The notes below the pieces were generated by a model. The model was given only the letters and a program-made list of their open reading frames with translations, made no database searches and was not told the DNA's origin. The position numbers were made by a program, and so were the translations under genes. A stretch of 64,000 nt of DNA from a virus, in IMG/VR virus record IMGVR_UViG_3300027777_000023, positions 32,001 through 96,000 of that record; one strand, written 5' to 3'. Shown in pieces: positions 27,208 to 35,590 of this stretch. The stretch's first letter is position 1, and each line of letters opens with the position of its first letter.

Positions 27208-27558
27208 ATGCTAAAAATAATAATCTGCTTGTTGTTGTTAACGACCACTGCTGCAAACGCCAAAATTTATCAAAGTGGTGTAGCCTCGTGGTATGGACGA
27301 GAAAACAAGATTTCCGCAGCAGGAAAAAAACTGCACAACGACACACCTGCTGCAGCACATAAAACATTACCTCTAGGGGCTAAAGTCAAAATTACATCAC
27401 TGAAGACTAAAAAGTCTGTCGTCGCTGTAATTGTCGATCGTGGACCATACACTAAAAACAGAATTATCGACGTGAATTTGCTTGCGGCTGTGCAGCTGGG
27501 TATGGTGAAATCAGGCACAGCGCGCGTAACAATCCAAAGACTAAACGAACATGAATAA
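27208..27558 (+). CDS. rlpA: RlpA-like DPBB lytic transglycosylase with signal peptide
   Basis: G.ASWYG, AAHKTLPLG, V...IVDRGPY..RIID...AA..LG. Confidence 0.85.
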   Translation: MLKIIICLLLLTTTAANAKIYQSGVASWYGRENKISAAGKKLHNDTPAAAHKTLPLGAKVKITSLKTKKSVVAVIVDRGPYTKNRIIDVNLLAAVQLGMVKSGTARVTIQRLNEHE

Positions 27559-27754
27559 CAAAGTAGATGAGACATTGAAAGCTCTTGAAGAGTATTGGAG
27601 AGAACGCCCATATCTAAGACTTGGGCAGATTGTGTATAACGCCTGGAGGCTGCAGTCCAGGAGCGAGTCAGACGTATTCTATATGTCAGATGACACATTC
27701 ATAAAAGGGTTGCAGTTACTGGGCGAGAACGAGAAGTATGAATCAAAGGGTTAA
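27551..27754 (+). CDS. Phage hypothetical protein
   Basis: W...P.LRLGQ..N pattern. Confidence 0.6.
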   Translation: MNNKVDETLKALEEYWRERPYLRLGQIVYNAWRLQSRSESDVFYMSDDTFIKGLQLLGENEKYESKG

Positions 27755-28646
27755 AGCTCTTCTCAAAGCTAAGTTTGGAAAAGTCACAGCAGCGTCGGGC
27801 GGGAGCTATAGAATTCCTTGCCCGACCTGTGACCCCAAACATAGCAAGAAGATGAAGCGCTACGTAAGCCCTGGCTGGGCTGAGAGCAAATGCTTCATCT
27901 GCGAAGAATCAATACCTCTTTGTGAGTTGCTTGGTGAGAATGTTGTTTTTGAGCGTGGGCCTGATGACGACAAGGAAGTTGAGTACAAGTATGCCACGAT
28001 ACTGCCGTATAATGATGCTATCAAATTATCAGGGCTAGACAAAAGCGATCCTGCGATACAGTTTCTCACAAAAGATCATTTGTTTAATTTTGAGTATTAC
28101 GACAGTCTCGGTATAAGGTATATCCCCAGCACTGCTGGTATGAACATCCAGTTTGACAGCGGCTTTACAGTAAACACTGCAAATAGCTTGTTCTTTCCTG
28201 TGTTCGGTAAAGACGATCAATACGCAGGTTGGCAACTACGTTTCATACCAAACACATGGAACGGCGACCGCTTTCAGTTCATGCGCTACATGCACCTTTT
28301 TCCTAAAGGCAACCATCTATTCAATTATGCTTTTGCAAAACAGTATAAAGACGTGGTGGTTGTCGAGGGTGTAAAGAAAGCATTAAAACTAGGAAACGCT
28401 GTGGCTACACTAGGCAAAGGCATATCAACGAATCAAAAGCAACTCATTCAAGAGTGGAAAACAGTAACTCTAATACTCGACGGCGAGGACAGTACTCAGG
28501 AGCTTGCTAGAGAAATCCAGCAAGAGTTCAAAGCTAATGGCAGGAAGTGTGTTAATATCGACCTACGAAAGTATGGTTTTGAATCTCCCGACGACACAAC
28601 CACAGAACAGCTTCAAAGCATAATTCAACAAGAACACACAAGGTAA
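27738..28646 (+). CDS. DNA primase (Zn finger plus TOPRIM)
   Basis: CPTC..C..C finger, GWQLR, VVVEG and LILDGED; next to DnaB. Confidence 0.82.
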   Translation: MNQRVKALLKAKFGKVTAASGGSYRIPCPTCDPKHSKKMKRYVSPGWAESKCFICEESIPLCELLGENVVFERGPDDDKEVEYKYATILPYNDAIKLSGLDKSDPAIQFLTKDHLFNFEYYDSLGIRYIPSTAGMNIQFDSGFTVNTANSLFFPVFGKDDQYAGWQLRFIPNTWNGDRFQFMRYMHLFPKGNHLFNYAFAKQYKDVVVVEGVKKALKLGNAVATLGKGISTNQKQLIQEWKTVTLILDGEDSTQELAREIQQEFKANGRKCVNIDLRKYGFESPDDTTTEQLQSIIQQEHTR

Positions 28647-28653
28647 ACTATAC

Positions 28654-29223
28654 ATGGGAATAATGAAAGAACCGCCCGATCAAAGAATATTTGAAGATAT
28701 CCTCGGTTATTATATTGAAAAGAAAAGATTAACAAACAAGAAATACTTGTATATTCCTGCAGACAAGTATCTAGAGAATTTTGCTGAAGCCACTAGGATT
28801 TGCGCTCGTCATGAGATGCATCCGGCAAAATATGTAAACGTCATATATGACAATCTCGAAAAGAAAGAGTTCTTCTCTCCATCTCACCTATGTGGTGCAG
28901 GTGCAGTTAAGGTTGTACAGAAAGTATTGGAATCGGGTAATGACTACAAAGTCGAAATTACAAATGCTACTATAGACTATGTTGACGTGTGGCAGCAGCA
29001 GCGAAATCTGGCTATGCTATATGTGAAGCATGGTGAAAGTGTGGAATCTGTTCTAATGGATTCTTCACTGAAATTCTTTGCCTGGTATCGAATCTTGTCG
29101 ACACCTGAAAAGAACATGGAGATAGTCAACAAGTATAAGCGGATAGCCCGTGACGAACTAAACCGGAGCCTCACAGAGTTTATAAAAGCTCAAGGGCTAG
29201 ACCTAGACAGAATAAAAGATTAA
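28654..29223 (+). CDS. Hypothetical protein between primase and helicase
   Basis: 189-aa ORF. Confidence 0.65.
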   Translation: MGIMKEPPDQRIFEDILGYYIEKKRLTNKKYLYIPADKYLENFAEATRICARHEMHPAKYVNVIYDNLEKKEFFSPSHLCGAGAVKVVQKVLESGNDYKVEITNATIDYVDVWQQQRNLAMLYVKHGESVESVLMDSSLKFFAWYRILSTPEKNMEIVNKYKRIARDELNRSLTEFIKAQGLDLDRIKD

Positions 29224-29225
29224 CT

Positions 29226-30629
29226 ATGAGCGATATATACAACGACGCAGACTATCTAGAGTTAACAATCAAATGCTTGTTCAAAGACAAAGCAACACTG
29301 CAGAAAGCGATTGAACTTGGTATAACCCCTAAAGATTTTGGTACTATTGAGGTATACCGGGCGTTTGTCTCGGTCGCCCTGAGTATTGCTTCCGCGCCGA
29401 TAGATCAACATCTCTGCTTACTTAAACTTAAAGCTGAATTGAAAGCCAGGGGTATCCTGCACCCGGAAGAGGCTCTTACTCTTTGGGAGTTCGTGTATCG
29501 AGGAGAGCCCCAAAACTCAGACTATGTAGCAAAGAATCTAGCAGACTTCATCAAGTTTCGCAGGTATCAGACCCTGAAAATCGACAAGCTCTCTAGTCCT
29601 GAGGAGCTGATCCATGAGGCGGCTCTTTTGGTGGCAGATATTGAATTGAAAAGTTCTTCCGGAGCAATCCGAGAATTCGATCCGTTTGAGAATCTGGTAC
29701 TGGTAGAGCACAAAGAAAGTCTTATGACAGGCTTTCCTCCTATTGACGCTGTGGCTCGGGGATTAAACTATCAGGAGTTTGGTATCATCCTAGGACATAG
29801 CGGTAGCGGGAAAACTGCGATGGGTGTATATTCTGCAGTACAGAACGCTAAGATGTACAAAAATGTATTGTATCTATCATTAGAGGAGCCTGCAGAGAAT
29901 ATTTGTAGTCGTGTGTATAGTAATATTTTTAGAATAAGCTACAGCGACCTACACAAAGGTTCTTCTTTTGCTCAGCAAGATCTCAAAGCGGCATGGGCCA
30001 ATATGAGCGATCGTGATCGAAAGGCGCTAAAGCATATAAAGATTCACGATATGCGCGAAGCCACGCCCTGCACCGCAAAATATATTCAGAACTATCTCGA
30101 TGATCTATATGAGCGCACAGGCTATCATCCTGACCTTGTGTATATCGACCAGATGGACTATCTAACTACGAGCGATAAAACAGACAGTGAATGGCAAAAA
30201 TACGGCAAAGTAGCTTTTGATGTGGATGATCTGACCAATCACCTTATCGGAGGCGAGCATATGTTCAGTGTGTGGTTATTGCACCAGGCTACAGGCAAGA
30301 TGACTCGTAAGTTCACTAACGGCGAAATCTCAGGCTTCAAGGGTATCATAAAGCCTGCAGACATGTGTCTGGCTATTGGTCGTGATAGCTCACAAGACAG
30401 TGTGGTAAGCATATTCTCCTTAAAGTCTCGACACGCTAAAAACTTCCAGTTCGACTTTCTTGCTGAGCTAGAGTTTATGAACTTTGAGCACCAGGATAAA
30501 GGTGCAGAAGCTCGAATGGCTGAAGAAGACAAAGATAAAAAGAAAACTAAAAAGAGTAACTTCAGCAACATACCTTGCAAGGCCGAGCTACTACCCTCAA
30601 CAACCTCAGGATTCAATGCAAGCACATGA
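29226..30629 (+). CDS. dnaB: DnaB-like replicative helicase
   Basis: GHSGSGKT, YLSLEE, VYIDQMD, LHQ, K.R motifs. Confidence 0.88.
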   Translation: MSDIYNDADYLELTIKCLFKDKATLQKAIELGITPKDFGTIEVYRAFVSVALSIASAPIDQHLCLLKLKAELKARGILHPEEALTLWEFVYRGEPQNSDYVAKNLADFIKFRRYQTLKIDKLSSPEELIHEAALLVADIELKSSSGAIREFDPFENLVLVEHKESLMTGFPPIDAVARGLNYQEFGIILGHSGSGKTAMGVYSAVQNAKMYKNVLYLSLEEPAENICSRVYSNIFRISYSDLHKGSSFAQQDLKAAWANMSDRDRKALKHIKIHDMREATPCTAKYIQNYLDDLYERTGYHPDLVYIDQMDYLTTSDKTDSEWQKYGKVAFDVDDLTNHLIGGEHMFSVWLLHQATGKMTRKFTNGEISGFKGIIKPADMCLAIGRDSSQDSVVSIFSLKSRHAKNFQFDFLAELEFMNFEHQDKGAEARMAEEDKDKKKTKKSNFSNIPCKAELLPSTTSGFNAST

Positions 30630-31153
30630 CCATAACAGCTGAAGAGTTTACACGCGTATACAAAAGGTATTACCGTGTTCTCTTAAAAAATACTACCAGA
30701 CAGCTGAACAATCCAGACGAAGCTGCGGATGTTGTGCAGGACGTGTTTAAGGCATTGTTAAATCACCCAGACTACAGCAAACTTGAAAAAAATATTATGG
30801 GCTGGCTCACAACCTGCTGCAAAAACAAATGCTCCAATCTTGTGCATCGAGCAAAAACAAAAGCTAGATGCGCCAGTGCTCTTATGCGCGGATTAAACGT
30901 TTTTGCAGAAGAACCCAACCCGTTCGAGTACGCCTGTTTGCAGGAGCGAAACAATGAGTTACTGGAGACTATGGCTGACCTGAGCACTGCACAAGCAAAT
31001 GGGCTGCGTATGTATTATTTCAAACACATGACATATGAAGCCATCAGTGCGCAAACCAGAAAAAGCATAACAGCCGTGAGCACCCTACTAGAACGAGCAC
31101 GCAAAAAAATGAAGGTAAGACTGAAGGCACAAATACATGAGTTCCAATATTAA
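30626..31153 (+). CDS. ECF-like sigma-70 factor
   Basis: Region 2 DEAADVVQDVF..WL...KN and region 4 L..Y..MTYE.I...V..LL.RARKK. Confidence 0.82.
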   Translation: MTITAEEFTRVYKRYYRVLLKNTTRQLNNPDEAADVVQDVFKALLNHPDYSKLEKNIMGWLTTCCKNKCSNLVHRAKTKARCASALMRGLNVFAEEPNPFEYACLQERNNELLETMADLSTAQANGLRMYYFKHMTYEAISAQTRKSITAVSTLLERARKKMKVRLKAQIHEFQY

Positions 31154-33857
31154 ATTAAAGATAGCTACACCTGTGGCTGAAGGATGTAAACCCGAGTTAC
31201 TCATCATATTCAGTCATCCAAACAAAGAAGACCTAGAGGCTAGAAAATTTGGTGTGGCCGGCTTTGCTACAACAGAAGTAAAGGCTGGACTAGCTGCTGC
31301 AGGTATACCCCTAGAAAAAGTGCATTTTACCGCTATGGTAAAGCACGGAATAGGCAGCAAAAGCAAGCCAAGTGCAGAAGACATTGAAGAGTTTGCACAA
31401 GAACTAGATAACGAGATAGAACAGATCAAGCCAAAGCTGATCATGCCTTTGGGTGCAGAGGTGTTTAAAAGGATAATGAAAGCTAACACAAAGATGGGCG
31501 ACTATCTTGGTGAGATCATTGATACCTCATACGGCAAAGCACTAGCAAACTACTCGCCAGGTATGATTGTAGCTATGGACCCTACAAAGCGTCCAGAGTT
31601 TAGAGATGTGTTTCTTCTCGCAAAGCGCGCACTAGACAACAATCTGAACTATGATAAATATCGATATATATTGGTAGATGATCCTGAAGTAAATAAAGCG
31701 ATACTTGAGAAGTATATCGAGCAGGAGAAATTTGACATTGGTTATGACGCTGAATGGTATACGGAGACCAAGTGGACAGATGATGAGGTAATGTATGAGT
31801 TTCAGTATAGTTGTGAAAAAGATGTAGCAATCATACTGAATATTAGTAAAGACGGCGTATCAGAGAATCGTGAGTTACTGGATACGATGAAGCTATTGCT
31901 AGAGCACCCAAAAGCTCGGCGTATGGGTTGGAATATCCGTGTGGACGATCTTCGACTTAGGCACAGAGGATTCGACCTACCAGACGAGACGCTGGCTTTC
32001 GACGGCATGAAGGCTGTCGCATTCTTTGACTCGCGCTTGTCGAAAGGTCTCGAGACAGGGATCAAGATGTTTACTAATTATGAGCCATACTATACAGCCT
32101 TAAACAGAAAGCTGAAAGAGCACAAGCTCAGTAAGAGTGAGATGAGCAAGCTCAAGTTTCTAGAACCTGAGGTCTACTATCATTACTGTGCTGGTGACGC
32201 AGTAAGTCACAGAGAAGCCTGCTTGCAAATGATGCACGCGTTCCCTGAGAATCTAAAAGACCATTACTATAAGACATATCTGCCACTGACTCACTATCTC
32301 ACAGATATGGAGTTCACGGGTATACCTATCGATAAAAATGTGCTAGCAGACATTACCGATAAGTACACAGTCAAGTATGAAGAGCTAAAACAGGAGCTGA
32401 TAGTGTTCTTGCGCGATCGCTTTGGTATTGAAGATTTTAATCCCAACAGCGCACCGCAAAAAAAGAGTCTTTTATTCGAGACTCTTCAGGTCACACCAGC
32501 CTACTACACGAAAAGCGGCAAGTCTCCTAAAGCAAAAGCATGGTATGACAAACAAAAACCTCAAACGCAGAAGCTGTATGAGCCGAGCACAAACTCAAAG
32601 TCAGTATCGACAATAAAGTTCCAGCTAGAGGAGCTTATAGAAAAGGATAAAACAGAGCTACCTGAGAACCGGAGAAATCCTGAACCTCTGGAGGCTGCAC
32701 ACAAAGCACTAGGTCTATTACTTTCAGTAAGTCGCCTAGGTGTGTTTGCGACAAAGTTTCTGAGTAGAAAGGGTGTTGCCATTGATCCTGAGAGTGAACT
32801 CGATGATGAGGATGAACCGCTCAAACAAAGCTACTGGGCAGCGATCAGTAATGATGGTAGAGTACATGCAAGCTTCTTTGAGTGTCTCAAGAACTTTAGG
32901 GCCAGTAGTAGTCCGAACGTACAGAATCCTGCTTCAAAGGTTTTGGTACACATCCCAGATATTTTTGTTCCTGGATACAACAAACTAGACAAAGATCAGC
33001 AAAAAGAGGTAGAGCACCTGCTACCAAAAAACATCAGAAACATATTCTATTCAGGCGATCCTGACTATTACTTTGTTGAGAGTGACGTGCTAGGCGCAGA
33101 TATTTATATCATGGCTCTGTTGTCCGGCGACCCAGACTTTATTCAAGATTTTCGACAGGGTGGTTTTCACCAAACGAAAATGCGTGAATATTTTCAGGAT
33201 CCTGCGCTCACAAAAAAAGATGTGTCAAAGTATACTATATCAAAAGGTATTACTTTTCGTGTAAGTTATACTGCCGGATTAAAATTTGCTGCGGTACCTA
33301 TTCAGGCTGACATCTATGCCGAGAGCGGTCTCAGTGTGAAGCTAAGCACTATCGACTATGCACTAGGAACCTGGAATAGGTATAAAAGCTACATGGCGTT
33401 CAGGGACAGGTGTACCTCAGAGGTGCAGGAAAAGCAGCAAATCACCAACGCCAGAGGACAAATATTGAAGTATGAGGAAACAGATAATTTTGGTATTCTT
33501 GCTGGCTGGATGAATGAGAGTCTCGCCTATCCTGTGGCGAGCGAGCTTGCAAACTATATGTGGGATGCATCAGTGAATCTAAAGAAACTCCTCAAAAAGG
33601 AAGGACTTTGGATGCGTTATATATATCCCGTAAACACTGTGCACGATGCAGGATATTGGATTGTACACAAAGACCTATGTAAAGATAACTATATCGCAGA
33701 GGTGATCAAATACGCCATGTGTCATCAGACGAAAATTGCTACCGGAGACAATGTTGGCTGCGAAATCGTAGTATCAGATTGTTGGAAAGGTAAGAAAATA
33801 TTCGAGAAGGAAACAATGTGGTCTTTTGATCAGAAACAATGGATTTGGAAAGAATAG
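31137..33857 (+). CDS. polA: Family A DNA polymerase with N-terminal UDG-like domain and 3'-5' exonuclease
   Basis: UDG-like N-terminus (KPKLI..LG); Exo DAE, N..D, Y...D; polymerase motifs ESDVLGAD, SK..TF..Y, VHD. Confidence 0.88.
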   Translation: MSSNIKLKIATPVAEGCKPELLIIFSHPNKEDLEARKFGVAGFATTEVKAGLAAAGIPLEKVHFTAMVKHGIGSKSKPSAEDIEEFAQELDNEIEQIKPKLIMPLGAEVFKRIMKANTKMGDYLGEIIDTSYGKALANYSPGMIVAMDPTKRPEFRDVFLLAKRALDNNLNYDKYRYILVDDPEVNKAILEKYIEQEKFDIGYDAEWYTETKWTDDEVMYEFQYSCEKDVAIILNISKDGVSENRELLDTMKLLLEHPKARRMGWNIRVDDLRLRHRGFDLPDETLAFDGMKAVAFFDSRLSKGLETGIKMFTNYEPYYTALNRKLKEHKLSKSEMSKLKFLEPEVYYHYCAGDAVSHREACLQMMHAFPENLKDHYYKTYLPLTHYLTDMEFTGIPIDKNVLADITDKYTVKYEELKQELIVFLRDRFGIEDFNPNSAPQKKSLLFETLQVTPAYYTKSGKSPKAKAWYDKQKPQTQKLYEPSTNSKSVSTIKFQLEELIEKDKTELPENRRNPEPLEAAHKALGLLLSVSRLGVFATKFLSRKGVAIDPESELDDEDEPLKQSYWAAISNDGRVHASFFECLKNFRASSSPNVQNPASKVLVHIPDIFVPGYNKLDKDQQKEVEHLLPKNIRNIFYSGDPDYYFVESDVLGADIYIMALLSGDPDFIQDFRQGGFHQTKMREYFQDPALTKKDVSKYTISKGITFRVSYTAGLKFAAVPIQADIYAESGLSVKLSTIDYALGTWNRYKSYMAFRDRCTSEVQEKQQITNARGQILKYEETDNFGILAGWMNESLAYPVASELANYMWDASVNLKKLLKKEGLWMRYIYPVNTVHDAGYWIVHKDLCKDNYIAEVIKYAMCHQTKIATGDNVGCEIVVSDCWKGKKIFEKETMWSFDQKQWIWKE

Positions 33858-33858
33858 T

Positions 33859-34365
33859 ATGAGGACAGTCAGAGTATCAAATAAATATGACGTAAAAATA
33901 GATGAAGAAGATTACGAGAAGTTCTCTCCTGAGAAGTATACCTGGAATGTTCAGTTAAGGCGTGGTGGGCAAATCTATCGTGTGAGAGCAAATTACCGGA
34001 AAGCTCAGCAGGTAAAAGGTGGGAAGCATGCATTACTTCACAGATTGATTATGGGCGTCACCAACCCGAAAGTCGTAGTGGACCATATTAACCATGACCC
34101 GTTGGATAATCGAAAAGCTAATCTTAGGCTTTGCACATCAGCAGAAAACACGAGAAATTCTCGAACCTCAAAAAGCAAATCAGGCCTCAAGGGGGTACGA
34201 TTAAAACGCAAAAAATGGGAAGCGCGTATCACACACAACAAAAAACAAATATACATTGGTGCATTTGCAACACCACAAGCAGCAGCAGAGGCCTATGACA
34301 AAAAGGCAATAGAGTTGTTCGGGGAGTTTGCCTGCACTAATAAGATGTTAGGTAGACTAGAATGA
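33859..34365 (+). CDS. Free-standing HNH-AP2 homing endonuclease
   Basis: LHR.IM..VDHINH..LDNR..NLR, then AP2 GV..KW.ARI...YIG.F.T...AA.AYD. Confidence 0.9.
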   Translation: MRTVRVSNKYDVKIDEEDYEKFSPEKYTWNVQLRRGGQIYRVRANYRKAQQVKGGKHALLHRLIMGVTNPKVVVDHINHDPLDNRKANLRLCTSAENTRNSRTSKSKSGLKGVRLKRKKWEARITHNKKQIYIGAFATPQAAAEAYDKKAIELFGEFACTNKMLGRLE

Positions 34366-35081
34366 CGACCACAATTAAATTAACAAACAACAGTAAAGTA
34401 CGATTTCATAAAGCACACTACAACACTTTCAGCCTCACGCAAGGTCTTCCCGAGCATGGAGGATCTTGTCCGGGGGCTACCTGTGGAGAAGGTGGGTGTG
34501 TAGACGTTTGCTATGACTGCAATTTACGTAAGCTGTACAAGGCATATGCTGCGGTAGAGGACAAAAATTTTGATCTTGTTAAAGGTAAAACAAGAGAAGA
34601 ACTATATCCAATACTGAGCAATACCGTAATTGCCTGGAAGTTGACCCAGGGCAGTAAGAAACCCTATTTCAGGCTACACACCGGAGGAGACATGTATGAT
34701 GAGGAATACGCTTATGCGTGGGCCGCCACTATAGAAGAAAACCCAGATGTTCGTTTCTGGGCGTATACAAGATCATTGTTTGCTGTACCTATACTTGCCG
34801 AGCTAGATAACCTTACATTGTTCCTTAGCTGCGATCCTGTAAACAAGGACAGTGTGCTAAAGATGTATGAGAAATACAAACATCGTCCCAACGTAGCTGT
34901 TGCATGGATGGGAAATGATCCGTTAGAGTTAAATGACAGAGATATGCTGGTCTGTCCTGAAGTAACAAAAAAACTGAAAAATACCAAAGATATTGGTGCA
35001 TGCGCCAGATGCAGAGCATGCATAGATAGACCATTGAAGACTGGGAAGATACGACATATACAGTTCCCAATTCACCGTTAG
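34362..35081 (+). CDS. Gp88-like Cys-rich (radical-SAM-related) protein
   Basis: CPGAT..C..VCY, FRLH..GD, W.YTR, CP..C..C..C. Confidence 0.7.
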   Translation: MTTTIKLTNNSKVRFHKAHYNTFSLTQGLPEHGGSCPGATCGEGGCVDVCYDCNLRKLYKAYAAVEDKNFDLVKGKTREELYPILSNTVIAWKLTQGSKKPYFRLHTGGDMYDEEYAYAWAATIEENPDVRFWAYTRSLFAVPILAELDNLTLFLSCDPVNKDSVLKMYEKYKHRPNVAVAWMGNDPLELNDRDMLVCPEVTKKLKNTKDIGACARCRACIDRPLKTGKIRHIQFPIHR

Positions 35082-35141
35082 AAATAAGTGTTCCCCCAGG
35101 AACAAAAGTAGAGTAAAATTAAACTAATAAAACAACACAAT

Positions 35142-35471
35142 ATGACCACTGAAAACAACAACTCCGCAGAAATCATCAACACAGCAGCAACAATCGCAAC
35201 TAACATGAACAAGTACACAGTAGAAATCGCAGACAACACCGGACACAGCACTTTCGCAGATCTCGACATCGAGACGGCGACCGAAAACATTCTCGCTAAT
35301 GCTGAGAAGAAAGCTCATTGGGTTTACATCAACGGCGAAAAGTTTGAGTTTGAAGGTAGCAATCATCGCAGCAAGGCAAACGTGCAAAAGCTTCAGCAGC
35401 AGCTGCAGGCTGTGGAAGATCCTAATATTCTTCTCACCGGCGTGCTTCGCGGCGGCGCAGCGCAGGAATAG
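35142..35471 (+). CDS. Ubiquitin-like protein with C-terminal LRGG plus AAQE extension
   Basis: Small protein ending NILLTGVLRGG-AAQE; JAB and E1 genes downstream; start may be Met22. Confidence 0.75.
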   Translation: MTTENNNSAEIINTAATIATNMNKYTVEIADNTGHSTFADLDIETATENILANAEKKAHWVYINGEKFEFEGSNHRSKANVQKLQQQLQAVEDPNILLTGVLRGGAAQE

Positions 35472-35537
35472 TTCTCATTCACCAGGCGTGAAAAGAGCAA
35501 CGGGTTCGTTCTAGTCTAGAGCGCGCCCAGCAAAACT

Positions 35538-35575
35538 AGCCCCTAGGGATTAACCTCTCTAGGGGCTTTTTATTT
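35538..35575 (+). terminator. Intrinsic terminator after the Ubl gene
   Basis: AGCCCCTAGGGA/TCTCTAGGGGCT stem then TTTT. Confidence 0.85.
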
Positions 35576-35590
35576 ATATTTATTCTCTAT

